A DNA stretch of 64,000 bases from the NCBI RefSeq assembly GCF_038025025.1, contig NW_027117352.1, positions 620,001-684,000 on the forward strand, read 5' to 3'. Of the stretch, positions 60,680 to 64,000 are shown in pieces. Positions within the stretch are counted from its first letter, which is position 1; each line of letters starts with the position of its first letter. A program made the translations under genes and the position numbers. This stretch comes from Phyllosticta citribraziliensis. Taxonomy: Eukaryota. Below the pieces are notes generated by a model. That model was not told the DNA's origin and ran no database searches. It worked only from the letters and a program-made list of their open reading frames with translations.

Positions 60680-62215
60680 AGTCGAGCAGGACAAAAGCGT
60701 CAGAGTGGCGAGAGGAGAAGAAACCTCGACGGAATTGAAGCTGTAGTCGGTCAAGCGTCAGCAGCGCATTCGAAGCTTCCAAACAGCACTCAAAAAAGAA
60801 ATCTCAAGCGTCCGGGGTGGAGAAACCGTACATGGGGCCAGAGCGGTGATAGTGACCGTCAGGTCGGAAGCACGAAGCGGACGTCGTCAAGTCAAAGCGG
60901 GCGGCAAGCGGAGAGCGATTGTTGGGGAAGGATTTGCGAGCTGTGGCGTCATAGCAGCTGGCACGATTCAAAAGAGGGCGAGACCAGCGGACATGGTGGG
61001 GGAGGCCGAGTGGATGGTGGTGTTGCGGCTGGCGAGAAGATGATGAAGAGCAGAGCACCCGTCCGGCGACCCAAGGAAGCGAGTCAAGGCGCGGCCCGTG
61101 CGCCGTGCTCTCTCTCTACGCGCAGTCACCTGCTCACGACCAAACCACCTCCTCGACTGCAACTCATCTACAATAAATGCCCCAGAGACCTCATTTTGGC
61201 CCTAACATCTCAATTGGACTCGTAATTTTTCTTGTCAACCTCCATGTTCGCAAGAACTGTGATCCAAGCCCAGCTTGGCCATCAAAAAGCCGAGATCAGC
61301 CTCGAGTTAATCCATGGACAATGGATTCCTCCTAAAAGTCGTCAGCCATGCAACAAGACGCAAAATAGTCTTCAACTAACGCATGTCGTACCGGGGTGTG
61401 CGACTATTTGGGGTGACCGTCCCCAGCGAAACGGAACAGAACTAGTTCCTGTTTTCATATCACTGCTCAATTCACAACTCAATTCATCATTCAATCCTTC
61501 GATCAATTCAAGGCTCAGTCCATTGCATGTACCTTACTCGAATTCTTCTTCGGCCATCGAACCGACCAACTAGCTAGCCAAACAAACAAACTCCATGCAC
61601 CCCATTCCCTCTACCTTTCCCATTCCCCCCTCGCGGCCCAACACGTCCGTCCGTCCGTCCCTCTCCCTCCCCCTTCCCCTTCTCCTTTCCACCTCACGCC
61701 CAAATAGCCAAAACAGTACAGTACAGTGAGTACAGTACAGTGAGTACAGCATCCACCAACTCCGACACCCTTCCCACTCCACCCCTTGCTCCAGACAGAC
61801 GCATGTATCGGCGCCGGCTGGCTGGCTCAACTCTCCACGTGGCCAGGCGTGCTTAGTATGGTAAGTTCGCTAGATGCCGTATCGTAGGGGACCATTCAAG
61901 GTAGGGGGAGACATGCATGCATGTGGTAAGGGGGAGGGAGGGGCAGGGGCCGAGGCGGGGTGAGCTGAGCTGAGCCGAGAGAGTCCGAGCAGCGGAGGGG
62001 AGGCATAGGTCTGTGGACAAGACGCGGACGGGTAAAGAGGTGAGTGCGCTGCGTCGGCTTACGGAGACGGAGCGGGAAGGGAAGGAGAGCGAATGCCAGC
62101 CACAGCCGCAGCAGCAGCAACATGGCAGCGCAGTGAAGGCATCATGCAAACATACATATCCCACACGCCACGCCACGCTGCCTAGATCCACATGCACATC
62201 AAGCCATCCCCTCCC

Positions 62216-64000
62216 TCACATAACGACGCAATTCCTCCCGGCAGTCTGCTGGCACTGCTCCAAATACCCCTCCTCCTCGGCGCCGCCCAGCGCCTTCCCC
62301 TGCGGCCGCTTAACGCCGACAATCTTAATCTTCTGCTCGCCATCGGCATGCCACCACTTGAGCGTCTGGATCAAGCCACCTTCCTCGTCGTCGACGCTGA
62401 TGGCCCACTTGCCGCCGCTGGCCTCGACGTGCGTGCTTCCGGGCGGGAAGTGCCAGTCGGGGAGGAAGATGACGGTCGGCAGGTCCGACGGCGTCGAGTT
62501 GGGTGCTCTGAGTGAGAGAGTGAAGGTGCAGTTGCGGAGGTCGAAGACGAAGGCCTGGAGGTTGCCGTGGACCACGACGGGAGCGGGGCGGAGGTAGGCT
62601 TCGGCGGCTCGATATCCGACCTTGTCTGGTGCGCCGGTGCCAGCTCCGGATCCGTTTGTTGTCATGCTCTCTGAAGACAACGTCTGTTTGATGTTTGATG
62701 GCGAGACTCGTGCCGTGTCCGTCGACTGGCTTCGAGAGTAGGCTGGCGATTCGGGATCGGCTGTCTGTGGCGGAGAGGCTGAAGTTGGCAACTCGGGGTC
62801 GTCGAGCGAGAAGATGGAGAGATCTTCCCCGTTCCAATGGTCTCCCCACTTGTGTGAATTCTGCAACGCATTAGGTCTGATCATGTGGATGAGAAAATAA
62901 AGCACTCACTTTTGCACAGTACACCCAAAGGCTGAAGCCGGCGGCGTGACTTGCTTCCAGGGCAAAGTGGTTCGCGTCCATGGCGGCAATCTGGCTCGAA
63001 TAGTCCCCCGTCTTGTAGGCATATCTGTCGTCCATGTCGTAAGGAATTCCAAATTCTGTAAATACACAAGGGTGCTCTCCCATGTAAGTGTTTCCTTCTT
63101 CCTGTATGGCGGCCAACTGATCGCGGAAGCAGTTCCTGATGGCGGTCTCTCCAATTTTGATGGCGAAAGCCGGAGTGAGATACTTTCCGCGAAGGACACC
63201 AAACACATCGACATTCCATATTCGGTTCCACTTTTTGGTGATGAGGGTGATGCCGTCGTAGTAATGAGGCGAAAACACCATGTTCGGGTCATCGTCTTCC
63301 GTATTCTTTATCGTCGGTGGTACCTCGAGGACGGGAGGCTGGCAGAATAGAATTGCTTCGGGGAAGACGCCTCGGACAGCGTCTCGGTGTCTTCTGTAGT
63401 ACCGCATGAACCACTTGTTGGTGAAGTATTCATAGTCAATGGGTTTGCCGTTGGAGGGATCCTTGGAGAAGTAGTCCTTCTTGAGAAGCGTGTCCGAAGA
63501 TGGATCCCAGACACCATGCTGAGCCCACAGGCATTCGCCAAGCTTCCATCCCGGATCTCTTTTGAAGCCGTAATGCGTCTCGTCGTAATCGGGCTGCAGC
63601 CAAATCGTCTGCCCCTCTGGATCCACCAATGCTGACCCAGACTTGTAAGGGCCGAGGCCTCCAAAGTCCCACGTCTCAATCTCACAAGCTCGGCCCGAAG
63701 CAGTGAGTATGGCCTGCCATGCTGTGGGCGTTGTTCCTTTGCGCAGCTTCTGCTCCTCTGGGATGACTGAAATGTCCCGGTAGCCCACCAGTCCGCGGTT
63801 CGGTTCGTTCAAGCTCTCCCACCCGATGACGACATCGTTCTCCAAATCCTCGGCCTCGTGGATGCGCTGGGCCAAGTGCTTGCAGGCGTCGATGAAGTGT
63901 TTCTGCAAGTAATCCTCGATGTTCATGCCGTTGATGATGGCTTTGGGCGCAAACTCGCGGCCAGCGAAAAAGAGTGTAAAGATCAATTGACAGGCCGCCC
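62216..64000 (-). CDS. GH5 endoglycoceramidase-like / steryl-beta-glucosidase (EGCrP/Egh1-like), 5'-partial
   Basis: TLFFAGREFAP, acid/base motif WESLNEP, SPHYYDG, nucleophile region FTEFGIPYDM; intron ~62863-62909; then WGDHWNGEDLSIFS, GYRAAEAYLRP and PTVIFLPDWHFP. Runs off the window end. Confidence 0.88.

Noticed and set aside
61712..61750. (CAGTA)n-like and similar short tandem motifs (also ~4566-4580 and ~56240-56280)
   Set aside because: Ordinary microsatellite-like sequence near gene 3' ends. There is no spacer structure, so not CRISPR-like.

Overview
Eukaryotic, intron-containing DNA from a filamentous ascomycete (Dothideomycete-like; inferred, not proven). Conserved housekeeping genes (GH18 chitinase 3' end, MICOS MIC26/27-like, OCT1, SPX-RING, JJJ1-like, BNA6/QPRT, a conserved hypothetical, COX20, POL2, MSN5-like exportin, GH5 endoglycoceramidase-like) are interrupted by two accessory islands. 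Island 1 (~8.4-25.2 kb) holds a decayed partial JJJ1 duplicate and three tandem, strongly diverged paralogs of an uncharacterised family that share a 7-codon first exon and an N-terminal hydrophobic helix. They lie tail-to-tail with a ~2040-aa fungal NLR (HeLo-like N-terminus, NACHT, ankyrin repeats). Island 2 (~38-56 kb) holds a full-length, RIP-destroyed Ty1/copia element (267-bp LTRs, GTGAC target-site duplication, Ty5-type half-tRNA PBS, mirror-image strand bias of RIP). It also has a 5-exon secreted protein with a putative Kex2 site and an aerolysin-like beta-strand pattern, a HET-domain gene, an SRPK-like kinase and a small 3-exon orphan gene. All calls are by eye from motifs and splice signals; no searches were run.
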